Source: Christensenellales bacterium (GTDB lineage: Bacteria; Bacillota; Clostridia; Christensenellales; UMGS416). Taken from it: DNA of 64,000 nt. The stretch covers positions 1,807,953-1,871,952 of the forward strand of contig JBMNEH010000001.1 in assembly GCA_050948665.1 (NCBI GenBank), written 5' to 3'. This document shows positions 1-10,080 of this stretch, one piece after another. Numbering within the stretch: position 1 is the stretch's first letter; each line of letters starts with the position of its first letter. The position numbers were made by a program, and so were the translations under genes. Under the pieces are notes generated by a model. That model did not search any database. It saw only the letters and a program-made list of their open reading frames with translations, and had not been told where the DNA came from.

Positions 1-470
1 TCGCATTTTTCAAGCGCAGTATTTGTCTGGTTAATCACATACTCCGTAGAAACAGTAATAATAGCGGTAATGTCGGCAATTCTAATCCGGTAAACAATAT
101 CCTTTGCGGAAAGCTGCGCCGTTGCCGGTACCATCAACGCGCCGATTTTATGCAACGCCATAGAAATATACCAGTACTCATGCCGCTGCATGAGTATGAC
201 CATTACGGCATCTCCTTTTCGAATACCCTGACTGCGCAGGGCGTTTGCTGCCCGGTCTGATAATCGTTTGATATCTGCAAAGGTATAAACTACCGACTCC
301 TCTGCCTCATTCACCCAAACAAGAGCCCGCTTCCCCGGATCCAGCCGAGCATATTCATCGGCAACATCATAGGCAAAGTTAAAGTTCTCAGGAATATTCA
401 GTTTATATCTTTCATAAAAATCCCGGCTACTGGTGAAGCTGCCGGGAATAAAACGTTCTAATAAGCGCAT
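1..470 (-). CDS. AMP-binding acyl/acetyl-CoA synthetase (5' part; runs off window edge)
   Basis: Hand translation from ATG at 470: MRLLERFIPGSFTSSRDFYERYKLNIPENFNFAYDVADEY...TFADIKRLSDRAANALRSQGIRKGDAV...LHKIGA; typical N-terminus; directly downstream of the XRE-cupin gene. Confidence 0.85.
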   Translation of the reverse strand, partial: MRLLERFIPGSFTSSRDFYERYKLNIPENFNFAYDVADEYARLDPGKRALVWVNEAEESVVYTFADIKRLSDRAANALRSQGIRKGDAVMVILMQRHEYWYISMALHKIGALMVPATAQLSAKDIVYRIRIADITAIITVSTEYVINQTNTALEKC

Positions 471-476
471 TGCGTA

Positions 477-1034
477 TTATTCCTCCGATTTTGTGATGAT
501 GGATAAAAACCGTGTTGCGCCGCCGATTGCGTTCATGCCGTGGGGAGTAGAGGCATCGAAATAAATCGAATCCCCGAGCCGCAGCGTAACTCGGTTCCGG
601 GGGAAATCCACCCGGAGCGTACCCTCCTGTACCAAAATATACTCCTGTCCTTCATGGTTATACTGGTTGGCGTCCTGCGGTTTGGGCGTTACCGTTACCA
701 TGAAAGGCTCCATCAGTTTATTCTTGAATCCGTATGCCAGTGCCTCATACCCATAATCCTTACGCCTGTCCACGGCAATTCCCTTGCCCCGGCGTACCAC
801 AAAATAAGCGTCACTGCGAGGTTCCTCTCCGGTGAGAAGGATCGTCAGATCCGTGTCAAACAGCTTAGCCAGCTGATATAGGAAGCCGATGGGAATATCC
901 TGCCGAGCTGCCTCATAATCCGCGTATAAAGACGGAGATACGCCTACTTTTTCAGCCGCCGTTTCTATGGACATTTCATTTATTTCCCGTATATCACGGA
1001 TACGTGCCGCAATATTGAAAAGCTCTTCTTCCAT
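477..1034 (-). CDS. XRE-family HTH + cupin transcriptional regulator
   Basis: IAARIRDIREINEMSIETAAEKVGVS HTH and HEGQEY...GDSIYFDASTPH cupin; start moved to ATG 1034 after AGGAG RBS. Confidence 0.9.
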   Translation of the reverse strand: MEEELFNIAARIRDIREINEMSIETAAEKVGVSPSLYADYEAARQDIPIGFLYQLAKLFDTDLTILLTGEEPRSDAYFVVRRGKGIAVDRRKDYGYEALAYGFKNKLMEPFMVTVTPKPQDANQYNHEGQEYILVQEGTLRVDFPRNRVTLRLGDSIYFDASTPHGMNAIGGATRFLSIITKSEE

Positions 1035-1129
1035 ATGCCGCTCCTTTCCGCTGTACTGCGATGTTTCGTTATAGTATACAATATTCGGAAGACTCTGGCA
1101 AGATATTTTTGCAAACATCTTCTCGAGTC

Positions 1130-1934
1130 AGTCCGCTGTTCCGATGGTATTGCTCCATAACTCCGCCGGGCATATAATGAGGAGGAAAACGCCTGTCTCC
1201 CTTTTGAAAGCACGGGAAAATTGATATATATCCGAAAAAACCGTCTCCTTGGCCACTTCCCTCACCGATGTATAGTCTCCCGAAAGTAATTCACGAGCTT
1301 GTCTATCCGAAGGCTGCGGATATAACGCATAGGGGGAACATGATATGCCGTAGTAAACAGCTTACGAAAGTACACGGTACTGATGCCGGCAACTTCAGCC
1401 AAACATGCGATATCCAGTTCCGAGTCCCAAAGGTTTGCCTCCATATACGCCAATGCGGTGCGGATCACAGCATTTGCCCGAACGGGCAGAGCTTCCTCCG
1501 AACTGTTTTCGGCTATCTTTACCAGCAACTCATATATGCCAGCCCGGCAAAGCGCTTCGCTCCCGGGTCTCCGTAACCTGCGAAGGTACTCGATTCTGTT
1601 CAACATCTTCCGGCAACCTATATTATCAAAATAGGAAACGAAGTAATCGGCATATCATCAGGGAGCCCCTACAATTCCTGTTCTGCCATATAATACATAC
1701 CGGCTTTACTGCATATAAAACTGTAATTACTCCCTTGGGCAGCAATACCGCATTCCCCTTATCCGAGAGGGTTTCCCTTCCACTGGAGACATAGACCGTC
1801 CTGCCATCGGTTTTAAAGGCAAGGCCCCAATGCTCCCGATCCGTCCTGCTCCGTGAAAAATCCTGCTGAAAGTTTACCCGATTTAATGCGCAAACCCGGC
1901 GCGGTATCACATTTTCAAGAATGGACGCATCCAT
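1130..1934 (-). pseudogene. Degraded AraC-family transcriptional regulator
   Basis: GGAGG RBS and ATG 1934. Fragments in different frames join into an AraC protein (…LAEVAGISTVYFRKLF…RIDK/ARELLSGDYTSVREVAKETVFSDIYQFSRAFKRETG). Frameshifts near 1733, 1630 and 1299, and a TAG at 1671-1669. 3' end approximate. Confidence 0.8.
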
Positions 1935-2071
1935 CTTTTTCCTCCGGGACAACTATATCAGTCGTTATATCGAGTTTAAAGCAAAAATATCATTTTTGCC
2001 AAATCAAATATTCGAATGCCATTGTATTCATCCGATTAAAACGATATGATTTATGTATGGGAGGAATTTTT

Positions 2072-2896
2072 ATGAGAATATCCTTTACAAAGCAAAAGGG
2101 GCCGTTGAAAGTGGCTGTCATTAAGGAAACCACAGCACGGGATGCCCGGTTTGCTATGCGGAACGCCGGCATTGCAGGGGCCGACGCCTTTGACCTGCAT
2201 CTTTCGATGCTTTCACCGGAAGAAAGGGATGCGGATCAACTTCGTGCGTTATTCTCTGCCCAGACATTGCCCGTTATGGCTCTCCACTACAATCAGGGGC
2301 CGGATAACCTTAAACTGACTGACAGCGACGAAACACGGATGGAACTGCTTCATCTGGCAGCAACCTGCGGCGCATCCTGTGTGGATATGCAAGGCTATAC
2401 CTTCAATCCCGGAGATACCCGCGCTTCGCTGACCGGTTCCGGTCTGCCCTTTGCTTCCGATATGCCGGCAGAGGTCGCTCTTCGTCGGGAAACTATTGAT
2501 AGGCAGAAAGAATTTATAAGGGAGATCCATAAAGGCGGGAGAGAGGTGCTGCTTTCGGTCCATACCGGTGTGTTTCTTGACTGCGAGAAGGTGCTTTTTC
2601 TGGCAGATTTCTTGATGGAACGGGACAGTGACGCGCTGAAGTTGGTAGGCATGTGCGATACACCTGAGCAACTTGCGGAGTATGTAAAGGCAGTTCCCGC
2701 ACTGAAAGCCCGTTTTCCCGGAAAGGCGATGCATTATCATTGCAACGGCAAATACGGCACCTTTACCCGGCTGGTCGGACCGCTTCTGGGCTCATATCTG
2801 GTCTTTTGTGTAGAGCGGTTCAACGTCCTCAGTGTTCCCGAGCAACTTCCTCTGCGAGAAACAGCAGAAATTTACAGATTGATCGAGAGGTTATAG
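2072..2896 (+). CDS. Type I 3-dehydroquinate dehydratase-like protein (AroD fold)
   Basis: GADAFDL, CVDM, LLSVH (catalytic His), DALKLV (Schiff-base Lys), FTR and PEQL motifs; GGAGG RBS before ATG 2072. Confidence 0.7.
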   Translation: MRISFTKQKGPLKVAVIKETTARDARFAMRNAGIAGADAFDLHLSMLSPEERDADQLRALFSAQTLPVMALHYNQGPDNLKLTDSDETRMELLHLAATCGASCVDMQGYTFNPGDTRASLTGSGLPFASDMPAEVALRRETIDRQKEFIREIHKGGREVLLSVHTGVFLDCEKVLFLADFLMERDSDALKLVGMCDTPEQLAEYVKAVPALKARFPGKAMHYHCNGKYGTFTRLVGPLLGSYLVFCVERFNVLSVPEQLPLRETAEIYRLIERL

Positions 2897-2897
2897 A

Positions 2898-3896
2898 ATG
2901 GAGAATATACACATTGTTTTCACCGCTCCGGGAATTGCAGAACTGAAACGGGAACCTGTGCGGCAGCCCAAAGAGAATGAGGTGTTGTTAAAAACCTTGT
3001 ATTCCGTAATCAGCAACGGTACCGAGCGGGCGTGCTTGCTGGATATGCCCAATGTCGCCGGCGTCTTTCCGCGACAGTTGGGCTACTGCGCAATATCCAG
3101 AGTAGTCAGATGCGGTAAACTGGTTACGGACTTCATTCCGGGAGACCGTGCACTGGTCTATCATGGCACGCATTCCGCCTATGTGACAAAAACCACCGAG
3201 GAGCTTACGCGTGTAACAGAACCCGTAGATTCTGCGGAAGCTGCTTTTGTCATCATCGCTGCCATGGGGCTGGGCGGTGTCCGAAAGCTCATGGTGGAAC
3301 TGGGTGAATCCGCCATGGTGATGGGTTTAGGACTGCTGGGTTTGTTTGCGGCGCAGTTCCTCCGCCTTTCCGGCGTATATCCGGTCATTGCGGCGGATCC
3401 GGATCCCTGGCGCAGAGAACTCGCGTTGGCAACCGGTGCGGATTTTGCATTGGACCCTCTGGAGAATGACTTTCCTGAAAAGGTGAAAGCCCTAACCTGG
3501 GGAAAGGGCGTCAATGCCACGGTAGAAGTGTCCGGCGCTGCCTCTGCGCTGCGGCAGGCATTGGATGCCGCAGCATGGAAGGGCCGCATTGCACTGCTGG
3601 GCTGCACCAGGGTGTCCGACGTGGCGATTGACTACTATCAGCAGGTTCACCGTCCCGGAATTACCCTGATCGGCGCGCATAATTTTGTACGGCCCAGGGT
3701 GGATTCCTACCCCGGATATTGGACCCATCAGGACGACTGCCGAATTCTCTTACGCTTCCTGGCCGCCGGAAAGCTCCGCGTCCGGGAAATCATGCAGCCC
3801 GCCGCAGCCCCGTCAAGAGCCCCGGAGTTATATGCGCAGCTGGCGCGGGGCGAACTGCCGGCAGGCGTATACTTTGATTGGAGTAAGCTCTCATGA
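2898..3896 (+). CDS. MDR-superfamily (zinc-binding-type) dehydrogenase
   Basis: GroES-like N-domain (ISNGTE, LGY) and Rossmann GLGLLG; VEVSG motif. Confidence 0.85.
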   Translation: MENIHIVFTAPGIAELKREPVRQPKENEVLLKTLYSVISNGTERACLLDMPNVAGVFPRQLGYCAISRVVRCGKLVTDFIPGDRALVYHGTHSAYVTKTTEELTRVTEPVDSAEAAFVIIAAMGLGGVRKLMVELGESAMVMGLGLLGLFAAQFLRLSGVYPVIAADPDPWRRELALATGADFALDPLENDFPEKVKALTWGKGVNATVEVSGAASALRQALDAAAWKGRIALLGCTRVSDVAIDYYQQVHRPGITLIGAHNFVRPRVDSYPGYWTHQDDCRILLRFLAAGKLRVREIMQPAAAPSRAPELYAQLARGELPAGVYFDWSKLS

Positions 3897-4903
3897 GAAA
3901 CGGAAAAATATTGATCGGACAAATCGGCATCGGTCATAACCATGCCGCGGCAAAAATGGAAGCGTTCCGGAGTTTGGATACTCTTTTCGAAGTAGCCGGC
4001 GTTGTGGCGGAAAGTCAGGAATGGCTGAAAAAGAGGGGCGGTCTCCCTGCATACAGGGACATACCCTTCATGACGGAGGAAGCGCTGTTAAACATGCCCG
4101 GACTGGATGCCGTCGCTGTGGAAACTGACGTGTGGGATATGCTGGCTACTGCCCGGCGATGTGCAGTCCGTGGGCTGCACATCCATCTGGACAAGCCAGC
4201 CGGCACTGATTTAGCAGAGTACCGTATGCTGTTAGACAGTGTAAAAACACAGAATCTGGCATTCCAACTGGGATATATGTATCGATACAATCCCGCCGTT
4301 CGCTATTGTATAGAAGCAGTAAAGCGAGGGGAGTTGGGAGAAATATTCTCCGTCGACGCAATGATGAGTACGGAGCATTCACCTGAGTATAGGACATGGC
4401 TGAATCATTTTCCCGGCGGTACCATGTACATTTTCGGCTGTCACCTCATAGATCTGATCCTGCAGATCCAAGGGCCTCCGGAGGAGGTGGTCCCCTTCCT
4501 GCAGCGCACGGGCTTTAATAGCGTGGATGCCTATGACAGCACGCTTGCGGTGTTCCGCTATTCAAAGGGAGCCTCTCTCGTCAGGGTTTCTTCGGTGGAA
4601 GTCAACGGTTGGGGAAGGCGGCAGCTGGTTATCTGCGGGGAAAAGGGCACATTGGAAATGAAACCGATGGAGCGTCCCACACTGTTGACACGCTCCTATG
4701 CCGGAGGAGATGCCTACAATGATGTGCGGGAAGTCATCATGAACCGGAATTTTCATGACAAACTGGGGCGGTATGACGACCAACTGCGGGACTTCGCCGC
4801 GTTTATTCTGGAAAAGAAAGAAAATCCCTACTCACCGGATTACGAATGGACATTGCAGAAAATACTGCTTGAGGCTTGTGCCTTCGGAAAGGGGCAAGAA
4901 TGA
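3893..4903 (+). CDS. Gfo/Idh/MocA family oxidoreductase
   Basis: IGIGHNH, HIHLDKP, GYMYRYNP, GCHLID motifs; ATGA overlap with previous gene. Confidence 0.9.
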   Translation: MRNGKILIGQIGIGHNHAAAKMEAFRSLDTLFEVAGVVAESQEWLKKRGGLPAYRDIPFMTEEALLNMPGLDAVAVETDVWDMLATARRCAVRGLHIHLDKPAGTDLAEYRMLLDSVKTQNLAFQLGYMYRYNPAVRYCIEAVKRGELGEIFSVDAMMSTEHSPEYRTWLNHFPGGTMYIFGCHLIDLILQIQGPPEEVVPFLQRTGFNSVDAYDSTLAVFRYSKGASLVRVSSVEVNGWGRRQLVICGEKGTLEMKPMERPTLLTRSYAGGDAYNDVREVIMNRNFHDKLGRYDDQLRDFAAFILEKKENPYSPDYEWTLQKILLEACAFGKGQE

Positions 4904-5649
4904 GTCTACAGGGAAAAGCGGCATTTATTACCGGAGCCGGAGGATTTCTCGGGAGCGGATGCGCGCGGAAACTTGCAGCTTTGGGAGCAAAGGTAGCGCT
5001 ATGCGATTTAAACGAGAAAACAGTAGAGAAAGTAGCGAGAGAAATACGGGCAGCCGGCGGGAAAGCCTGGACTTATACCGCGGACGTTACCGAGTCCGTC
5101 TCCATTGACATGGCGATAGAAGCTGCGGCCGAAGTCATGTGTGGATTAGATATCCTGATTCATGCAGCCGGTGGCAGCGCCCGGAGCAAGATGAAACCGC
5201 TCATACAGCAAAAGGACGAGGTGATCCTTCAGGTGATAAAAGTGAATCTATTGGGCGCACTGTATACTTCCCGCGCCGCAGGTCGCATCATGGTAGCCCA
5301 AGGCAAAGGCGGCAGGATATTGAATTTCGCTTCTACTGTCGGGGTGAATGGTTTACGTGGCTGTGTGGAATATGCTGCCGCCAAAGGCGGTATTATGGCA
5401 ATGACCAAGTCTCTTGCAAAGGAGCTTGCTCCATACCAGATAACGGTAAACTGTGTTGCGCCAGGAATTGTCCAACGCCCTGGAGAAGATAACGAGGCAG
5501 TGAAAACCAACTTTCTTGGCCGAAAGTGCACCGATGCCGATGTGGCAGCTTTAGTTGCCTTCATGGTGTCTGAAGAGAGCGGTTTTATCACCGGCCAAAC
5601 CTACATTATTGACGGCGGCAGAAGTCTGGCCATGAAAGGAAGTGACTGA
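4900..5649 (+). CDS. Short-chain dehydrogenase/reductase (SDR)
   Basis: TGAGGFLG, YAAAK catalytic motif, VNCVAPG, ITGQTYIIDGG; ATGA overlap. Confidence 0.92.
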   Translation: MSLQGKAAFITGAGGFLGSGCARKLAALGAKVALCDLNEKTVEKVAREIRAAGGKAWTYTADVTESVSIDMAIEAAAEVMCGLDILIHAAGGSARSKMKPLIQQKDEVILQVIKVNLLGALYTSRAAGRIMVAQGKGGRILNFASTVGVNGLRGCVEYAAAKGGIMAMTKSLAKELAPYQITVNCVAPGIVQRPGEDNEAVKTNFLGRKCTDADVAALVAFMVSEESGFITGQTYIIDGGRSLAMKGSD

Positions 5650-6625
5650 AATGCGGGCAATATTGATTGCAGAAGACAAATCTTTGGTCTGGAGTGAAGT
5701 TCCAATGCCGGTTTACACAGAATCACAGGTTTTGATCCGTATCAAAGCAGCGGCGCTGAACCGGGCGGATCTGCTGCAGCGGGAAGGGAAGTATCCCTCT
5801 CCCCCGGGAAGCCCTCAATGGATGGGTCTTGAGATAGCGGGAGAAATCGTTTCTGTCGGCCGACGTGTGTCAAGGTGGAAGCTGGGAGACAAGGTCTGCG
5901 CCCTGTTGGGCGGCGGAGGATACGCGGAATATGTCGCCGTAGATGCAGGCATGGTGCTTCCTCTGCCAAAGAGGCTTACAATGGAGGAGGGCGCCTCTCT
6001 CCCCGAGGCATACGCCACCTGTTATCTTAACCTCTTTACAGAAGGAAACCTTCGGCCCGGGGAAACTCTCTACTTCCCTGCCGGTGCTAGCGGCCTTGCC
6101 AGCGTAGGCATCCCTATGGCAAAGGCTTGCGGCGCCTATGTCATCACTTCAGTCCTTACGCCAGAAAAGACGGATGCCATCCAGCACCTTGGTGCGGACA
6201 GAGTGATCGTCCATTCTCATGAAAAGGTCTCCGAAGTGCTCCGGAAAGAAGCGGAGTCCGGGCACCCGGTGGATGTGTCAGTGGATTGCCTTGGCGGGCC
6301 TGCCATTGGAGAAACACTTCCATATGTCGCAGAGGGCTGCCGCTGGATACTGATATCCACCCTGGACGGGACAGAAACAGTACTGCCCCTCCGAGCGGTA
6401 TTAACAAAAGGCTTACAGATAAAAGGCAGTATGCTGCGCAAAAAATCAGTAGCGGAAAAGTCTGAATTGCTGGCACGGCTGGAAGAGGAGTTTTGGCCGT
6501 TGCTGGAAGCAGGCAGACTGCGCCCCACACTCTACCGTGTATTGCCCATTACCCAGGCAGAAGAAGCCCATGCGCTGTTGCAGCACGGAGAAAATGTAGG
6601 AAAAGTTGTTCTTCAAGTTCCATGA
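5642..6625 (+). CDS. NAD(P)H-quinone oxidoreductase (MDR, PIG3-like)
   Basis: LNRADLLQREGKYP, GLEIAG, GGGYAEY, GKVVL. Confidence 0.9.
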   Translation: MTEMRAILIAEDKSLVWSEVPMPVYTESQVLIRIKAAALNRADLLQREGKYPSPPGSPQWMGLEIAGEIVSVGRRVSRWKLGDKVCALLGGGGYAEYVAVDAGMVLPLPKRLTMEEGASLPEAYATCYLNLFTEGNLRPGETLYFPAGASGLASVGIPMAKACGAYVITSVLTPEKTDAIQHLGADRVIVHSHEKVSEVLRKEAESGHPVDVSVDCLGGPAIGETLPYVAEGCRWILISTLDGTETVLPLRAVLTKGLQIKGSMLRKKSVAEKSELLARLEEEFWPLLEAGRLRPTLYRVLPITQAEEAHALLQHGENVGKVVLQVP

Positions 6626-6656
6626 TTTTCGTCAGAAATGAAAAAAATAGCCTTGC

Positions 6657-6686
6657 TTGACATGATTTCTTGTTTACCGGTATAAT
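6657..6686 (+). promoter_or_regulatory. SigA-type promoter of the G5-3D/rsmA unit
   Basis: TTGACA (6657-6662) - 18 nt - TATAAT (6681-6686). Confidence 0.7.
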
Positions 6687-6721
6687 GGCAGCTGGAGGGA
6701 TCTTTCCCTCAGGGAGACAGG

Positions 6722-7990
6722 ATGACCGAAATGCAACCGACGGAATCCCGGCAGATTCCGCCGCCAAAGAGGAAACGAAAACGAATCAGAATCAGTGTTT
6801 GGGGAATTCTCGGGCTGGTATTACTGTGTATCGGCGCGGCAGTCTGGTGGGTGCTCCCCCGACTTTCTCGTGTCTATATAACCGACAGAGGTATACGACA
6901 ACGCTGCTATACCATGCAATCCACGGTAAAGGATCTGTTAGGAGAAAGAGGCATTTCCCTCGGTACATCTGACGAATTGACCCCTGCTGAAGAAACCCTG
7001 TTGACCGAAGATACGGAGGTAATCATCCGCCGATCTGTTCCAGTCTATATCGATTATGATGGGGAAACCTCACTGGTTTTTATGACTAAGGGCACCGTGA
7101 GAGACGCTATGGCGCTGGCCAGCTTACCGTTTGAAGATACTGACAGTCTTCAGCCCGCCCCCGATACACCGATACAATCCGGTCTTCGGATTACTTGGAT
7201 CCAACTTCGGTCGGAGGACACTTATTCGGAGAGCAGGGCTGAAACAGAAATCATCGTGCGGGCAGACAATACACTTCCCTATGGTGAAGTACAGGTTTCT
7301 GCGGAGGGAACGGCCGCCTTGGACATCGTGCAGATCCGCACCTATTTTCGTGACGGTGTATTACTGGAGCGGGTTATTATTCAAATCTTTTCCAGGCAAA
7401 CCGCTGTGCCCAGAATACTGTCTGTAGGCACGCTGGTAACCCCAGGTCCTACGCCTGAAGTCTCTCCGGCTCCCACAACCATGCCGTCTCTTCAGCCCTC
7501 TGCATCCCCTGCCCCCATACCGACAAAGAAGCCTGCGGTAAAACCCTCCACCGCAAAGCCTACGGCAAAAGCTACAACCAAACCCACTATAACCGTCGCG
7601 CAGACTCCTGAGGCAACTGCTACGGCGTCCACACCTGTTCCCACAGCTACAAGGATCACCGGCGGTTCCGGAGAGCCTCCCTCCTATATCTCAACAATGG
7701 AGGTTTCCCAGATTACCGCCTATACCCATACCGGCAACAAGACCGCCACAGGAGTATGGCCGGTTGCGACACGCACCTACGCGAATCCCGGCACCGTTGC
7801 AGTAGACAAGAGAGTCATTCCCTACGGCACACTTATGTACATACCCGGATATGGGTACGGTTTGGCAGAGGATGCCGGTCCTACGGGTACACACATCGAC
7901 GTGTTCATGGATACCGAAGCGGAATGTTTGATATGGGGAAGAAAGCGGAACAGGATCATTTATATCGTGGAAACGGGGTATACCCGGTGA
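6722..7990 (+). CDS. Membrane-anchored DUF348/G5/3D-domain cell-wall protein (YabE-like)
   Basis: N-terminal TM; DUF348-like repeats (STVKDLL…, GTVRDAM…); G5-like segment; P/T/A linker; 3D domain (TAY, VAVD, AED, HIDVF); upstream of rsmA as in Firmicutes. Confidence 0.85.
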   Translation: MTEMQPTESRQIPPPKRKRKRIRISVWGILGLVLLCIGAAVWWVLPRLSRVYITDRGIRQRCYTMQSTVKDLLGERGISLGTSDELTPAEETLLTEDTEVIIRRSVPVYIDYDGETSLVFMTKGTVRDAMALASLPFEDTDSLQPAPDTPIQSGLRITWIQLRSEDTYSESRAETEIIVRADNTLPYGEVQVSAEGTAALDIVQIRTYFRDGVLLERVIIQIFSRQTAVPRILSVGTLVTPGPTPEVSPAPTTMPSLQPSASPAPIPTKKPAVKPSTAKPTAKATTKPTITVAQTPEATATASTPVPTATRITGGSGEPPSYISTMEVSQITAYTHTGNKTATGVWPVATRTYANPGTVAVDKRVIPYGTLMYIPGYGYGLAEDAGPTGTHIDVFMDTEAECLIWGRKRNRIIYIVETGYTR

Positions 7991-8778
7991 GCAACGGTTT
8001 TTATCAAAAGCACAGCCTGGGGCAGCACTTTCTGACAGACACCAGGGTACTGGAGCAAATTATTGAGGTAGCGGATCCCCGGCAAGAAGACGCCTTTCTG
8101 GAAATCGGCCCCGGAGCGGGCGTGTTGACAGAAGCGCTGGCTGCACGTTGCGGCAAAGTCCTTTCAGTGGAGATTGACAGGAGACTCGAACCGATTCTGA
8201 AGCTCCGGCTGCAGAATCATACCAATGTGGAAATCCTATGGACGGATTTCCAGCGTGTGAAATGGGCGGAACTACAGGAAAAGCTTGGACTACGCTTCCG
8301 TGTGGCAGCCAATATCCCCTACGCTATCACCACACCCATACTGGATTCCCTTTTTCGCGCCCAACCCTCCCCTCTCTCCGCGGTATTGCTAATGCAAAAG
8401 GAAACCGCCGCCAAACTCCTCGCCCGGGAAGGCCAGAAGGGCTATGGTCCCATGGCAATAAAGGCCGCGCTATTGACCCGTTCCACACTAATTTGTCAGG
8501 TGCCTCCTGACGCTTTTGACCCTCCTCCCCGCGTGGATTCCGCTGTAGTGAATCTTGATTGGAAGGATACGCCAAAGGTAAATACCCGGAAACTGGATAC
8601 CTTGCTTCGAGTAGCCTTTTCCGCCCGCAGAAAGCAGATCCACAATAATTTGGGCGCATTGGGCTGGTCACGGGAGGAGATCACAGTCCGCCTTGGGGAG
8701 GCTGACTGCCTCCCCACCCAACGGCCCGAACAGATTTCTCCGGCGGCATATGCCATGATTTCCGACTATATATCATAA
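7987..8778 (+). CDS. rsmA: 16S rRNA m6,2A dimethyltransferase
   Basis: LGQHFL, LEIGPGAG, VEIDRR, ANIPYAIT, PPPRVDSAVV; GTG start overlapping upstream stop. Confidence 0.95.
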   Translation: MSNGFYQKHSLGQHFLTDTRVLEQIIEVADPRQEDAFLEIGPGAGVLTEALAARCGKVLSVEIDRRLEPILKLRLQNHTNVEILWTDFQRVKWAELQEKLGLRFRVAANIPYAITTPILDSLFRAQPSPLSAVLLMQKETAAKLLAREGQKGYGPMAIKAALLTRSTLICQVPPDAFDPPPRVDSAVVNLDWKDTPKVNTRKLDTLLRVAFSARRKQIHNNLGALGWSREEITVRLGEADCLPTQRPEQISPAAYAMISDYIS

Positions 8779-8824
8779 AAAAACCTCCTCACATGGTTCT
8801 TATGAACATGTGAGGAGGTTTTTT
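8777..8824. terminator. Bidirectional intrinsic terminator
   Basis: AAAAAAACCTCCTCACATG…CATGTGAGGAGGTTTTTT inverted repeat between convergent genes. Confidence 0.85.
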
Positions 8825-8999
8825 GTATGTATAGAGCAAAATCCGATAAAACACCCGTAAATATCGCCAACTTGGGTATAATGCGCAGGAAACTATATCC
8901 CTACAGACAAACAACAGTCAATGGCACAACCCTGTTTTGTCCTTTTCCTGTCTTGATGGAACGTTTTTTACGTTGCCAAAAACAGTTCGCGGACGTTGT

Positions 9000-9659
9000 T
9001 TATACGCCCGTCAACAGCCGAAAGAGTGATAGCATCCGATCATCCTGCCGCCACAGATTTTCCGGGTGCCACTGAACTCCCCAAATCCGCCTTCCAGGAG
9101 CATCCATCGCCTCCGGGATCCCCTCCGGAGAATGTGCTCCCAGAATAAAACCATCCGGCATCCGGTCAATACACTGGTGATGTGTAGAGTTAACGGTAAA
9201 ACTCTCACCGAACAAGTCCCGAAACAGCGCGCTGTCAGAAAAGGCCTCATGCCGGGCATCGGAGTCAACAGGATGCGAGATTCCCAAAGCTGTCGGTATG
9301 TCCTGCAGCAGCGTACCTCCAAAGGCTACCGCGAGCAACTGCATTCCCCTGCATATCCCCAGTATGGGAAGTTGCCTTTCCGCAACGGACTTTGTCAGGG
9401 CAAGCTCAAAGCGGTCTCTGCAGGGATCGGAGGGCTGACTGCCCTTATTCTCCTGTCCGTAAAGCACAGGGTCAATGTCCCCACCGCCGGAAAGCAGCAG
9501 GCCGTCCAACAAAGGCAGATAATCCTCTACAGCCTCCGGCAGATTGGGCAATAGCAAAGGCAATCCTCCCGCAGCCATGACAGCCTCAGCATAAGCTTTG
9601 GGGTTTCCGTAAATCCTACCCTGTTCCAAGGAGGAAACTGTTATGCCGATACGTCTCAT
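9000..9659 (-). CDS. Gamma-glutamyl-gamma-aminobutyrate hydrolase-like class I glutamine amidotransferase (peptidase C26)
   Basis: LSGGGDIDP, LGICRGMQ, VNSTHHQ, GVQWHPE. Confidence 0.92.
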   Translation of the reverse strand: MRRIGITVSSLEQGRIYGNPKAYAEAVMAAGGLPLLLPNLPEAVEDYLPLLDGLLLSGGGDIDPVLYGQENKGSQPSDPCRDRFELALTKSVAERQLPILGICRGMQLLAVAFGGTLLQDIPTALGISHPVDSDARHEAFSDSALFRDLFGESFTVNSTHHQCIDRMPDGFILGAHSPEGIPEAMDAPGRRIWGVQWHPENLWRQDDRMLSLFRLLTGV

Positions 9660-10039
9660 AGTGTATCCGATGCGGCGATTGCTTCAATTTCAACCCGGAC
9701 ACCCCTGGGAAGAGCGCCCACTTGGACAGCGGATCGGGCAGGGCAGTCTGCCGGAAAAAATGTGGAATATACAAAATTCATTGCCGCAAAATCCTCCATA
9801 TCAACCAAGAATACCGTCGTTTTTACCACATTATCCGTTGTTAAACCTGCTGACTTCAAAATCTCCGTCAGATTGATGAGAACCTGCCGGGTTTGGTCTT
9901 CAATAGTCGCCCCGGCCAATACACCCTCAGGCGTCAAAGGGATCTGACCGCTTATGAACAGGAAGCCGCCGGCGGCGACTGCCTGTGAATAAGGTCCGAT
10001 CGCCTCCGGAGCAGATTTGGTTGAGTATGCTTTTTTCAT
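9656..10039 (-). CDS. ridA: RidA/YjgF reactive-intermediate deaminase
   Basis: APEAIGPYSQAV, SGQIP, VVKTTVFL, PARSAVQV, VEIEAIA; start ATG 10039 after AGGAG. Confidence 0.92.
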   Translation of the reverse strand: MKKAYSTKSAPEAIGPYSQAVAAGGFLFISGQIPLTPEGVLAGATIEDQTRQVLINLTEILKSAGLTTDNVVKTTVFLVDMEDFAAMNFVYSTFFPADCPARSAVQVGALPRGVRVEIEAIAASDTL

Positions 10040-10080
10040 GTTTTCTCTCCTTCCTGATATTAACAGGAGGCATGGCGATC

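Noticed and set aside
1669-1671. In-frame TAG as possible pyrrolysine or readthrough
   Set aside because: The same gene also has several frameshifts; ordinary decay explains it
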